Source: a virus
Taxonomy: Duplodnaviria > Caudoviricetes
Reading direction: 5' to 3' (one strand)
Virus record (IMG/VR): IMGVR_UViG_3300008005_000036
Location: 1-38,432 of that record
Length of the DNA: 38,432 bases
Shown piece after piece: positions 17,964-27,523 of the stretch. The notes under the pieces were generated by a model that was not told where the DNA came from, searched no databases, and saw only the letters and a list, made by a program, of their open reading frames with translations. The position numbers and the translations under genes are program-made. Every line of letters begins with the position of its first letter. Positions within the stretch are counted from its first letter, which is position 1.

Positions 17964-20273
17964 ATGCGATTAACTGAATTTATATTTGAGGGTATTACAC
18001 ATTTAGAAGATTTGCCTATAGAGCAATTTATAAATTCTATACGAAAACTTAATCAATTTGAAATTACTGAAAAAATAGATGGCGCTAATTTACATTTTGG
18101 TGTTGATGAAGCTGGTAAATTTTATACTAGTCGAGAAGGCAAGGGTGGCAACCGCTTTTATGACTATACTAATTGGGGTAATAAGTTTAAAGATACAGGT
18201 TTTAAGAGTGCTCATTTAGCTTTGGAAAAAATATCTAAAAATTTATTGTCAAAAAAATTAATTAATTTGGGTGATCAAATAGAAGTTGAAATACTGTTTG
18301 GTGCATTACCTAACACGGTTCCGTATACGGGCGATATTAACCAAATCATTATTTTACGACCAGTAAATGCTGCCGATAATATTGACGAATTAAATAAGAG
18401 ATTGGATAAAATTAAACAAGTTCTTGAGGGGGTAAAAGTTGCGGTAAATGTAGATGAAGTGCCCTTTACCAGCGACGGTATCAAAGTTGACCACAGGCAG
18501 GAAAAACATGTTTGGGCCGTAAGCCAAACTCCCAAAGTAGATAAAAAATTATTAGATACTGAGTTTTTAAATCAAACTCTTGAAAAAAAATTATCTAAAT
18601 TAGAAGATTTTTTATATGCTGATTCTGAAATTGGTAAATTTTCAAACTTAGAGATTTTAGCATTGCCATTAAATAAACGCCCAGAAAGTGTACCTCAACC
18701 AGAATGGAAGGGATTAGTTCCGTTGGTTAAAACCAAAAAAACTAATATTATTGAAAAGGTCAAAACACTTCAATTAGATATTAAAGAAGAACTGTTGAAT
18801 AAATTAGTACGAAATGTTTCAAGTGAGTTCGGTCCTGATTTAGCAGATGGAGGCTGGGTTGAGGGATTAGTATTCCGCGATCCATCAACTAATGAAATGT
18901 TTAAATTAATTGATAAAGATGTATTCACTGCAATGAATAAATTTAATTGGAAAATACGTAATTTGATACGTTCAACTAGTGTTTCCAGTAAAATATCCGA
19001 CGTTAATGGCAGAATAGTAAAACAAATGGCTGATAGTATTTCTACCCCCGAACTTGGTAGAGCAATAACAGCTAAAAAACATTTGCGCTCATTGAAGGCA
19101 AGTGGGCAAAATCCTATAGAAACTATAGCACAAAAATTTGATTTTGCGGAAATTAAATCAAAATGGGCAGAAATTATTACTCACCATATGAAACTATTAG
19201 ATAGATTATATTCTTGGTATGAAGAAAATAGAACTAAATTAAGTTTTAGTACTGGTGGTGAAATATCAAAAACTAGCCAATATTCTGGTGGCGTTGATGA
19301 ACGAACTAAACAGTCATTTGCTGAAATGCGTCAAGAATATGAAAGAATACTTTCGGAAGTTAAATCGGCCAAATCGCCCGAAGAACTGGTTACCATTTTT
19401 GTGGGGGAAAAATTATCTAGTTTGGGAGAAAGTAGAATAGTTACCGAAGGCGGCAACGCATTTGATGGTGTTGGTGCAATACACATAGATGAAATACGTC
19501 CTACTATATACTATTTGTCTGAAATAATTGGAGTTAATTATAATGAAATAATTAATTATACTCTTGGTAGCGTGAACAAAGCAGAGTTTTCTGGCGATAT
19601 GGATGTTGCATTGCAGGAATTTACACCCGATGAGCAAGCAGAATTCGTTGAAAAAATAGAAGGTAAATTGGGCAAGGAAAATGTTAAAAAAATGCCGTTG
19701 CTGATTACTATCAAATTACCAATACAAGAATATGATGCTAACAGAGAAACGTCTAAACCAAGAACAGGCAATGTTCAAGTTGATTTAATTTTTGGTGATA
19801 GAGATTGGAATAAATTTTACTATCATTCGGCGGGCGATGCTTCTAAATATAAAGGTATGCACCGTAACCTAATAATCGCAGCTATTGCTAAGAATATGGT
19901 TGAAAGTATGAGTGATGAAAAGGACAGTTTTGGCAGGCCAATCGAAATAGTAAGATATATATTCAGTCCAACCAATGGTTTAGTAAAAATTAAACGAACT
20001 AGTAAAAAGAATAAAAAAGGGGAATGGATTAAGGGACAAGACACTGAGCAAATTTCTAAACCCATAAAAACCCCAGACATGATAGCAAAAATTATGTTTG
20101 GCAAAGGGGCAACTAGTGAAATATTTAACAGTTTAGAAACTCTCACGGACGCGGTTATTAAATATATTCCTAATAAAAAACAACAGATTTTCCGTGATTT
20201 TATCCATGGGTTACCGGAAGAACAACGAAATTACGATTTTCCTGAGGAAATAGAAAAAGTAAGAAATAAGTAA
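17964..20273 (+). CDS. Fusion of an ATP-dependent ligase/RNA-ligase-like domain and a Pol-beta-type nucleotidyltransferase
   Basis: N-half TEKIDG, EILF, EGLVF, FKLID (ligase-superfamily motifs I, III, IV, V); C-half GS...SGDMDV...VQVDLI. Confidence 0.7.
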   Translation: MRLTEFIFEGITHLEDLPIEQFINSIRKLNQFEITEKIDGANLHFGVDEAGKFYTSREGKGGNRFYDYTNWGNKFKDTGFKSAHLALEKISKNLLSKKLINLGDQIEVEILFGALPNTVPYTGDINQIIILRPVNAADNIDELNKRLDKIKQVLEGVKVAVNVDEVPFTSDGIKVDHRQEKHVWAVSQTPKVDKKLLDTEFLNQTLEKKLSKLEDFLYADSEIGKFSNLEILALPLNKRPESVPQPEWKGLVPLVKTKKTNIIEKVKTLQLDIKEELLNKLVRNVSSEFGPDLADGGWVEGLVFRDPSTNEMFKLIDKDVFTAMNKFNWKIRNLIRSTSVSSKISDVNGRIVKQMADSISTPELGRAITAKKHLRSLKASGQNPIETIAQKFDFAEIKSKWAEIITHHMKLLDRLYSWYEENRTKLSFSTGGEISKTSQYSGGVDERTKQSFAEMRQEYERILSEVKSAKSPEELVTIFVGEKLSSLGESRIVTEGGNAFDGVGAIHIDEIRPTIYYLSEIIGVNYNEIINYTLGSVNKAEFSGDMDVALQEFTPDEQAEFVEKIEGKLGKENVKKMPLLITIKLPIQEYDANRETSKPRTGNVQVDLIFGDRDWNKFYYHSAGDASKYKGMHRNLIIAAIAKNMVESMSDEKDSFGRPIEIVRYIFSPTNGLVKIKRTSKKNKKGEWIKGQDTEQISKPIKTPDMIAKIMFGKGATSEIFNSLETLTDAVIKYIPNKKQQIFRDFIHGLPEEQRNYDFPEEIEKVRNK

Positions 20274-20308
20274 ATATTATTTTAAATATATTATTAGCGG
20301 AGATCATA

Positions 20309-20575
20309 ATGAGTGCTAAATTAATACAATTTTTAATAGAAATAATGCTTACTATGGTTGTTGCCGGGGTGGTTGTTTACATTATAATTACTTCAATAAG
20401 TATTGATGATCGTTTGAATGAAGCAATCAATAAAATGAATGCAAAGGTATTAAAATTAGAGCAAACAACCTCTAATTTAGAGAATAATTTGCATATTTAT
20501 GCCGATAGACTAGAACAGATAAGAAGAGAAACGGAACAACAACGGGCATTAGACACCCATTCAGGGGGCAATTAA
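20309..20575 (+). CDS. Small membrane-anchored coiled-coil protein
   Basis: One N-terminal TM helix then heptads; GGAG RBS. Confidence 0.7.
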   Translation: MSAKLIQFLIEIMLTMVVAGVVVYIIITSISIDDRLNEAINKMNAKVLKLEQTTSNLENNLHIYADRLEQIRRETEQQRALDTHSGGN

Positions 20576-20580
20576 TATAA

Positions 20581-21324
20581 ATGAGTTTTAAATTTTTGCA
20601 GGAAATACAGGAAAGTAGATTGATTTCAAATAAGAGATCATTTTCAAATTTTTCTCTAACCGAAATAACAGAAATAACTTTTTTATATTTTTTAACGCTT
20701 CAAATACTTAGAAATGAACTTGAATACAAAGCAAGAATAGATAATTATGCTGCCGCGACTATACGACATGGCAATTTTGAAACATATCAACGTTCGGGTA
20801 ATGATTTATACCAATTATTGTTTATTGTATCAAATGATGATGAACATGATAAATTATCTGGTCACAGCAATTCTAAACTTTCTAATAGAATAAATCTTAG
20901 AACACAAACATTATTAACTTGGCTGAGATATATTGATCGACCACTTGATACAAATAAAGATCATAGATTTTTATTGTATTTGGAAAATGCACTTAATATA
21001 AAAAATCCTGCGTATAAAGCTATACGTAGATTAGTTGAAGAATGGGACACACTTAACACCACTCAAAAAGAATTATCGATAACAAGACTTTTACAAGCAA
21101 TGCGGTCAAAGGCCAAAAAAAGTGAGTTATTGCCGTGGTTGGAACAGTTTGCTAGAAAAAGAAAACTTGAATTAATTGATGCACATAATCCTGAAGAAGA
21201 AACGCCAAGTAGAATAAATAGTTATAAATCCGGCAATGTTTGGCACAAAGCGGCGGTATATACTGGTGCAGCAGTTGCTGGTGTTGCTGCTGGAATAGCG
21301 TTTAATCGGTGGCGTAAAAAATGA
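20581..21324 (+). CDS. Hypothetical protein, probable virion protein
   Basis: FLQEIQE N-terminus; Ala/Gly hydrophobic C-terminal tail. Confidence 0.65.
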   Translation: MSFKFLQEIQESRLISNKRSFSNFSLTEITEITFLYFLTLQILRNELEYKARIDNYAAATIRHGNFETYQRSGNDLYQLLFIVSNDDEHDKLSGHSNSKLSNRINLRTQTLLTWLRYIDRPLDTNKDHRFLLYLENALNIKNPAYKAIRRLVEEWDTLNTTQKELSITRLLQAMRSKAKKSELLPWLEQFARKRKLELIDAHNPEEETPSRINSYKSGNVWHKAAVYTGAAVAGVAAGIAFNRWRKK

Positions 21325-22673
21325 AATTATTGGAACTTTTTGAAACTGAAGATACTGATCAAGTTTATAGGTTAGAAGCGCGGGAAGCTGCTGATAAAAT
21401 ACAAGCATGGTTATCCGCGCACGGCCAATCAGCTTACAAAAAATTTAAAAAAAGCGCAAATGGCATTTCTCTCCCGGCTTCCTCGTTTGATTTGCCATAT
21501 ACAAATTTAACTATTTTCCTTTCCAAGGGAGAAGACAGCGGTAGTTATGGTACATTTAATGCTGATCGAGATAAAAAATTTATTAAAATAAAAATAATAC
21601 GCAGTGCTACAGATTTTTTAAATTTAGATGTAAGATTTAAAACAATTGGTAGAAGTATCTTTATACATGAATTTATTCATTATTTAGACGATACAAAAAC
21701 AGAGTTTCATAAAAGAGCAACCGCCAAGGATTTGGATTTGTCAACTTCCTCCGGCTGGCGTGCATACATTAATAATCCTGAAGAATATAATGCGTTCTAT
21801 CAGCAAGCTACCGCCAAATTAGAAGATCGATTGGATGAATTTGAAGCAAAATTAGAAACAGGTGCATATGAAAGATTAAAAGATTACTTATTGAAAATGA
21901 CGCCTCAAGAATTCGTTGAATGGTTCAAAAGTGTTGATGTTAAATTTTTTCATGTTGGGGCTAACGAATTTTTTGATGAAAAATATGCTAGAAAATTAGA
22001 TAAGAGACTGGTTAGATTTTTTGTGGATAATATCAAACCTAGACTAGAACAAATAGAAGAAGCTGCACGAATTGGGACTGGAGTTAGAAAAGACGAAATA
22101 CCAAAAAAGTATAAAAAATATCCCTTAATAAATCGCGGAACAACTTCAATTATTTTAGAAGTAGATGCAAATACAGTATTGATGCTTACGAAAGATGGTA
22201 TTAAAAAGGATTGGCTAGTTAATGAACTTGGTATAGCTGATATGATCGATGCTTATGACAGCCGCCATCCTAAATTGGGCACAATGACCGTATATGTGTT
22301 AAAAATGCCTAAACTTTATCCTATGAGTAAAGAAAATAGGCAAATAGCTCGTGATTTAATAAAATTATTAGACAAAATGAATAAAAGAGCTAGAGTGATG
22401 GGCGGACAAAAAGACAGGTTCAATTACAATACATCATTTCTAAAACAAAATGTAATTAACGCTTTTTTTGAATATTTTGATGAATATGAACAAACCAATG
22501 AACAAGAACATATATTAACGCAGTTGATTAGATTTTTAAGTAATTATGATGTTGACCAATATGAATGGGATTTGCGTCAAGGTAATTTTATGCAAACTCG
22601 AGACGGGGAATTAGTAGTATTGGACCCCATCGTTGATAAAGAAATATTGGATGTATTTAGAGGGCAGAAATGA
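21321..22673 (+). CDS. Fusion of a zincin-like metallopeptidase and a protein-kinase-like domain
   Basis: HEFIHYLD...EYNAF; then RGTTS, MPKL, DLRQGNFM and VVLDP. Confidence 0.65.
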   Translation: MKLLELFETEDTDQVYRLEAREAADKIQAWLSAHGQSAYKKFKKSANGISLPASSFDLPYTNLTIFLSKGEDSGSYGTFNADRDKKFIKIKIIRSATDFLNLDVRFKTIGRSIFIHEFIHYLDDTKTEFHKRATAKDLDLSTSSGWRAYINNPEEYNAFYQQATAKLEDRLDEFEAKLETGAYERLKDYLLKMTPQEFVEWFKSVDVKFFHVGANEFFDEKYARKLDKRLVRFFVDNIKPRLEQIEEAARIGTGVRKDEIPKKYKKYPLINRGTTSIILEVDANTVLMLTKDGIKKDWLVNELGIADMIDAYDSRHPKLGTMTVYVLKMPKLYPMSKENRQIARDLIKLLDKMNKRARVMGGQKDRFNYNTSFLKQNVINAFFEYFDEYEQTNEQEHILTQLIRFLSNYDVDQYEWDLRQGNFMQTRDGELVVLDPIVDKEILDVFRGQK

Positions 22674-22879
22674 TTAAAGTAATTTATATATTTTTGTTTT
22701 TGGCATTAGCTGGTTGTGCAAATATAGGATTTGACGGTGTTGAAATATTTCCTGAAGATACTTGGATAACTATATTATTACCAATAAATATTTTAATAAT
22801 TCTATATCTTGTTAAAAAAGAAATAGATTTTATGTATTTTAAACGTGAACGTAGATATGATAAAGAAGAAAGCAAATGA
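22670..22879 (+). CDS. Small putative lipoprotein/membrane protein
   Basis: Lipobox LAGC plus a second hydrophobic stretch; ATGA overlaps on both sides. Confidence 0.6.
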   Translation: MIKVIYIFLFLALAGCANIGFDGVEIFPEDTWITILLPINILIILYLVKKEIDFMYFKRERRYDKEESK

Positions 22880-23442
22880 GATATATTGAAATATTTGAGG
22901 ATAGTAATAACATTGATATGGAATATTATCTCACCGAAGGCTGTGGTATTTTTGCATATGTGTTATCAAAAATATTAAATGATGGAGATATTGCAGTATT
23001 TTCAGATCCGGATGGCGAAGAATGGAGTGATGAAATTCCCTATGAAGTAACGCATGTTGCTCTTAGAATAAATGATAGCTTATATGATGTTCGTGGAAAA
23101 AGAACTATAGGGAATATGATTGATATAGATTTCCCTCAAGGTATGCGAGAAGTTGATTTAGTTAATCCGGAAGGATTTAAAAAAGAATATATGGATGGAA
23201 CAGACACTACACCGCTTTATGCACCGCAATCTGACGATATACAAAATATTACTGCATACGTGAAAAGTAATCCTGAATTATTTGATTTATCAATAAATGA
23301 AACATCAACAGCCGGTGGCACAAGTGCTGGTGGTATCGCAACCGCCGTCGGCGGATTGGGCGCCGGGTTTGATCCTTCGCAGGAATGGCGCAGTATATAT
23401 CCAAAAAAGAAAAAAACAAAAACATTAATAATTAAACGTTGA
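22876..23442 (+). CDS. Putative Cys-His-Asp (papain/transglutaminase-like) protein with a Gly/Ala-rich C-terminal module
   Basis: GCGIFA...THVAL...YDVRG; then INE-TSTAGGTSAGGIATAVGGLG. Confidence 0.5.
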   Translation: MRYIEIFEDSNNIDMEYYLTEGCGIFAYVLSKILNDGDIAVFSDPDGEEWSDEIPYEVTHVALRINDSLYDVRGKRTIGNMIDIDFPQGMREVDLVNPEGFKKEYMDGTDTTPLYAPQSDDIQNITAYVKSNPELFDLSINETSTAGGTSAGGIATAVGGLGAGFDPSQEWRSIYPKKKKTKTLIIKR

Positions 23443-23478
23443 GTAAATTAACTTTTTGTTTGATAAAATGTGATTTTT

Positions 23479-23492
23479 AATAAATACTATTA
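23479..23492 (+). promoter_or_regulatory. Late-type promoter AATAAATACTATTA
   Basis: TAAATA core upstream of the AAGGAG RBS of the 23538 gene. Confidence 0.6.
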
Positions 23493-23537
23493 TGAACAGT
23501 ATCCACTTTGATACTATAAAATTTAAGGAGATTTAAA

Positions 23538-23963
23538 ATGACAGAAAGAGTAAACGGAAATTCATTTCCATCAGAAAGCTTGACCGGCAATATGGATTTT
23601 TTCGTAATTCGTACTACCCTAGACATCACCCCGACTGGTGTTGTAGCTGACGAATCACAAGCACGTTTTGAAAGTCTAATCGAAGCTTTCTCAACAAGAG
23701 CACAACCAGTAATTATTGGTAACGTATACGAAACCGCAGAAGTTGGTCCCATTCCTGATCTACCAGTAACTTCAATATCCTCAGGCGCAACAATCACTGT
23801 TTACAACATTAAAGTCGCAATGGAACATGCTAATGCTTGGGATAATACAGGTGTAGATTTAGCAGATACACTAGACGGTGTTGCTGGGTTTGTTTCAAAT
23901 ATCCCAACAGATGACAATAATATTTCTGTTGAAAAGTGGGAATTCATGGACTTTACTGCTTAA
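23538..23963 (+). CDS. Probable abundant virion structural protein
   Basis: Monocistronic unit with late promoter, strong RBS and terminator; acidic beta-rich 141 aa; codon choices suggestive of high expression (TTC, AAC, CGT). Confidence 0.65.
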   Translation: MTERVNGNSFPSESLTGNMDFFVIRTTLDITPTGVVADESQARFESLIEAFSTRAQPVIIGNVYETAEVGPIPDLPVTSISSGATITVYNIKVAMEHANAWDNTGVDLADTLDGVAGFVSNIPTDDNNISVEKWEFMDFTA

Positions 23964-23988
23964 GTAACCAAACTACTTAATATGATTT

Positions 23989-24015
23989 AAAAACCCGGCG
24001 TAAGTCGGGTTTTTT
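23989..24015 (+). terminator. Rho-independent (probably bidirectional) terminator
   Basis: AAAAACCCGGC-GTAA-GTCGGGTTTTTT. Confidence 0.88.
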
Positions 24016-24039
24016 GTTGATTAAAATTTCTAATTATTA

Positions 24040-24047
24040 TATAAATA
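24040..24047 (+). promoter_or_regulatory. T4-type late promoter TATAAATA
   Basis: Exact consensus upstream of the endonuclease-like gene. Confidence 0.65.
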
Positions 24048-24075
24048 TATTAGTTGACATAATATAGGTATTGAT

Positions 24076-25860
24076 ATGAAAGAAAAGATTTTAGAATATA
24101 TAGAAAAATCTAAAATTAGATACACCACTTACATTAAAAAAGATGTATTATTGCTTGAATGGATTAATGAACAAATATTAAAAGATTACGATTTAAAAAT
24201 AAAAATCTATCTGATATTGCATGATCAAATTGAAATACCAAAATGTAAATGTGGAAATATACTTAAATTTATCAGTGTGATTGATGGATTTACTAATTAC
24301 TGCTCGTCTACCTGTGTTGAAAAACATAATGATAGAATAATGGCTGCTAAAGAATATTATTCGTTTGATGATAATAAAAATAAAGCCAAATTAAAATTAA
24401 AACAAACAATGATATTAAAATATTCAGTTGAACATAACAGCCAAATAGAATATGTAAAAGCTAAAAAAATAGATTCTTGGATTAAAAAATATGGTGTGGA
24501 TAATCCGGCTAAAAATAAATTAGTTCAACTAACAAAACAAAATACTAATCTAAAAAAATATGGGGTACCTGAAGTTTTTAAAAGTCAAACAGTTCAAGAT
24601 AAGATAAAAGAAACTAATTTAGAAAGATATGATAATTCAGTTATTTTTAATAGTAAAATAATTCAAGAAAAAATATTTAAAACAAATATAGAAAAATATG
24701 GAGTGGATAAACCTTTTAAATCTGAATTCATACAAAATAAGGTTAAAAAAACAAATTTAACTAAGTTATCAGTTGAGTATCCTTTTCAATCACCCGAATT
24801 TCTTCAAAAAATACGTGATACTTATCACCTTGATAATTTTTGTTATCTAAACCAAAATCATATTAATAATTATGAGGATTGGATTGATCCAAATAAGTTT
24901 AAAAATATAGTGTTAAATAACGGATGTTTTGGTTCATCAAAATATTTCAACGTTCATCCTACTACTATATACAAAAAAATAGGTCAATATGACTTAGATA
25001 TAATAACTAGATTTAAAAGTCTTTTTGAAACTTCTATATGCTCTTTTTTAGAGTCTTATAATATTTCATTTGAAACCAATACTCGTAAAATTATCTCCCC
25101 CAAAGAATTGGATATATTTTTGCCTGATTATAATATAGCGATTGAAGCAAATGGCGTATATTGGCATAGTGATATAATTAATAAAGATTATAAATATCAT
25201 TTTAATAAAACCATGGCCTGCAAAAATAAAGACATACAATTATTTCATATTTGGGATATAGAATGGAATAATGAAACTAAAGCCAAGATATGGAAAAATA
25301 AATTATTACATTCATTGCATATAATAACCAAACAGTCAATTGGAGCAAGAAAATTTATTATTAAACAAATAGGTGGTGAATATAATTCTTTTATTACAAA
25401 ATATCATATTCAAGGTAACACGCCCACAAAATACAAATTTGGTGCTTTTTATAATAATGTTTTATGTGCTGTGATGGGGTTTAATTTACGAAATAATGTG
25501 TATGACTTGGTTCGATGGTGTGTTAACGGGAATTACCCTGGGTTATTTTCTAAGATGCTTTCATATTCTCAAAATTATTTAAATATTACTAAAATAATTA
25601 CTTTCGCTGATCTACGATATAGTTATGGAGATGTTTATATTAAAAATGGATTTACGACTGATACCATGTTGCTTCCTAGTTACTTCTACACCAATGGTCA
25701 TAAAATTTGGCATAAAAGTAATTTTATGAAAAATAAAATTAAAGAAAAATTTAATATTGAAATAGAAAATAAAACTGAAAAAGAATTAATGGATGAATTA
25801 GGATTTTTTAGGGTGTATGACGCCGGTAAGATACGTTTTTCAAAATCATATCCAGCATAA
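24076..25860 (+). CDS. Free-standing homing-endonuclease-like protein (KYG repeats, Vsr/DUF559-like nuclease, C-terminal GNAT/Mom-like domain)
   Basis: CKCG...YCSSTC Zn module; six ~23-aa TNxxKYGV repeats; ELDIFLP...IEANGVYWHS; HIQG, TFADLRYS..DVY..NGF, YDAGK; very AT-rich. Confidence 0.7.
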   Translation: MKEKILEYIEKSKIRYTTYIKKDVLLLEWINEQILKDYDLKIKIYLILHDQIEIPKCKCGNILKFISVIDGFTNYCSSTCVEKHNDRIMAAKEYYSFDDNKNKAKLKLKQTMILKYSVEHNSQIEYVKAKKIDSWIKKYGVDNPAKNKLVQLTKQNTNLKKYGVPEVFKSQTVQDKIKETNLERYDNSVIFNSKIIQEKIFKTNIEKYGVDKPFKSEFIQNKVKKTNLTKLSVEYPFQSPEFLQKIRDTYHLDNFCYLNQNHINNYEDWIDPNKFKNIVLNNGCFGSSKYFNVHPTTIYKKIGQYDLDIITRFKSLFETSICSFLESYNISFETNTRKIISPKELDIFLPDYNIAIEANGVYWHSDIINKDYKYHFNKTMACKNKDIQLFHIWDIEWNNETKAKIWKNKLLHSLHIITKQSIGARKFIIKQIGGEYNSFITKYHIQGNTPTKYKFGAFYNNVLCAVMGFNLRNNVYDLVRWCVNGNYPGLFSKMLSYSQNYLNITKIITFADLRYSYGDVYIKNGFTTDTMLLPSYFYTNGHKIWHKSNFMKNKIKEKFNIEIENKTEKELMDELGFFRVYDAGKIRFSKSYPA

Positions 25861-25887
25861 ATATAAAGAAATGCTGGGAGAGTTTTC

Positions 25888-26127
25888 TTGATTTTAACTG
25901 AACTTTTTGAATCAACACAAGTTGTTAATGAACGAACTAAATTGGTTTTCACCAAGAAAGGTGATTCTATTCATAAACATTACAGATGTGCTTCGGGAAG
26001 AATAGTGGGTTCTCCCGGTGCATGTCCCACATCAAACAACTTTTTAAAGAGAAACAAACGAAAATTGGTTTCAAAATTATTTAGGCATCATATTCGTAGT
26101 AGAAAAAACAGATTTACCCACAGTTAA
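25888..26127 (+). CDS. Small basic hypothetical protein, probable internal head protein
   Basis: TTG start with GGGAG RBS; CATAAATA at 25856-25863; MILTELFE N-terminus; YRC..GR....C motif. Confidence 0.65.
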   Translation: MILTELFESTQVVNERTKLVFTKKGDSIHKHYRCASGRIVGSPGACPTSNNFLKRNKRKLVSKLFRHHIRSRKNRFTHS

Positions 26128-26137
26128 TGGAGCAACA

Positions 26138-27217
26138 ATGTCTATAAAAGAAACACTAGATAGCAATAAGAATAGCATAGAACTTGCTTTGGTTAATTTT
26201 TTAAAATCCCAAATTAAAAATACGGATAAAATTGATGAATCCGCTTTATTAAAAATGGGTGCTACTATTGTTAAAGAAATTCCGTTCGCTAGTTATTTAG
26301 AACTTGGATATGCATTAGATGAATTTGATGAAAAAAATCCTAATTCTGATATAACAATGAATTCTATACCAAAAATGCATAAAATTTTAATTAAGAATAA
26401 AAGAAATATTGTTAATTCTCTTGTAAAAGGCAAAGAAGAAGATGATAAACTAAAAACAATAGAACCTTTTGTTGATTTGATTATTAAATATATTTCACAG
26501 GTCAGAGAAAGTATTAAAATATCCTTTTACAGCAAAACAAATCTTAATGAAATGAATCAACCAAAATATCATTATACTGCAATAATGCCAAAAGAAATAA
26601 TGGAAAAAATAACTAATTGGTTAGATGAACAGGGTATTAACCATTTTATTACAGAAATGAATGAATTTGTTGTTGAATGCAACACTCGAGATAGTTTGTA
26701 TGCATTTGATAAATTTTTATCTAGAACTATAGAAAGGGAGAATTTTATGGTTGATTTTAAAATAAGCGAAGCCAAAAAAAGACCGCAGGATATGACTAAT
26801 TTGGATTTGGCTAGACTTAAAAAACCTCGCTTAGATCCCTCAACTCTACCAAAAATGGGCGCTTTTGACAAGGATATAAAAGGTCAAATTAAGAAGAAAA
26901 ATCCTGCTGACCGACGAGCTATGAAACATAAAGGCAAGGTATATGCTACGGAAGAAAAATTTGTTCTGGACGAAGCAGTATTGGGTATGACAGGGATACC
27001 ATTTATAAGTAGATTACAAACGTTGGCTGGGTTAGAAACTACAGAAATGTCCGATCCTGTTGTTGAAAATGATAATGATGTGGCAGACGACTCGGATGAA
27101 TTTTTGGAAATTATGCAGGAATTAGATACAATTGAACGATATGTGTACGATCTTACGCCAACTGAAATTTCGCAAGTAATTTCCCGTATGATGGGTATTA
27201 TCGAAAGTCTAAAATAA
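26138..27217 (+). CDS. Hypothetical protein, probable head protein
   Basis: GGAG RBS; IKE/LNE/ISE/LDE sites; RLQTLAGL motif. Confidence 0.65.
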   Translation: MSIKETLDSNKNSIELALVNFLKSQIKNTDKIDESALLKMGATIVKEIPFASYLELGYALDEFDEKNPNSDITMNSIPKMHKILIKNKRNIVNSLVKGKEEDDKLKTIEPFVDLIIKYISQVRESIKISFYSKTNLNEMNQPKYHYTAIMPKEIMEKITNWLDEQGINHFITEMNEFVVECNTRDSLYAFDKFLSRTIERENFMVDFKISEAKKRPQDMTNLDLARLKKPRLDPSTLPKMGAFDKDIKGQIKKKNPADRRAMKHKGKVYATEEKFVLDEAVLGMTGIPFISRLQTLAGLETTEMSDPVVENDNDVADDSDEFLEIMQELDTIERYVYDLTPTEISQVISRMMGIIESLK

Positions 27218-27444
27218 TGCGATTTTTTGAATTAACTTCAAACCTACGAATGCCCGCGTCAAATGAAGAATCTGATTTAATAAATCGAATTCAAGAATCT
27301 GAAATATTTGATACTGATCTTAATTATAGAGAACAGGAACTTGCTAGAAAAATGGTTTCTCGAGGATTATTGGAACGAAAAGTTATTGACAATACTGTTA
27401 AATATATGTTTAATGGGTACAATAATATTAAAAAAGATGAATAA
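27217..27444 (+). CDS. Small hypothetical protein (possible winged helix)
   Basis: TAATG coupling; MRFFEL start; EQELARKMVSRGLLER. Confidence 0.65.
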   Translation: MRFFELTSNLRMPASNEESDLINRIQESEIFDTDLNYREQELARKMVSRGLLERKVIDNTVKYMFNGYNNIKKDE

Positions 27445-27523
27445 AGCCAGCTTAATTTTATAAACATTACTATGAGAAATAATATAGGTCTAATAATTAC
27501 GCTATTAATGTAAGGATAATAAG

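Noticed and set aside
20309-22879. TM/coiled-coil protein and small lipoprotein as a spanin pair
   Set aside because: Not adjacent or nested, no endolysin or holin nearby, and the lipoprotein is not Pro-rich.
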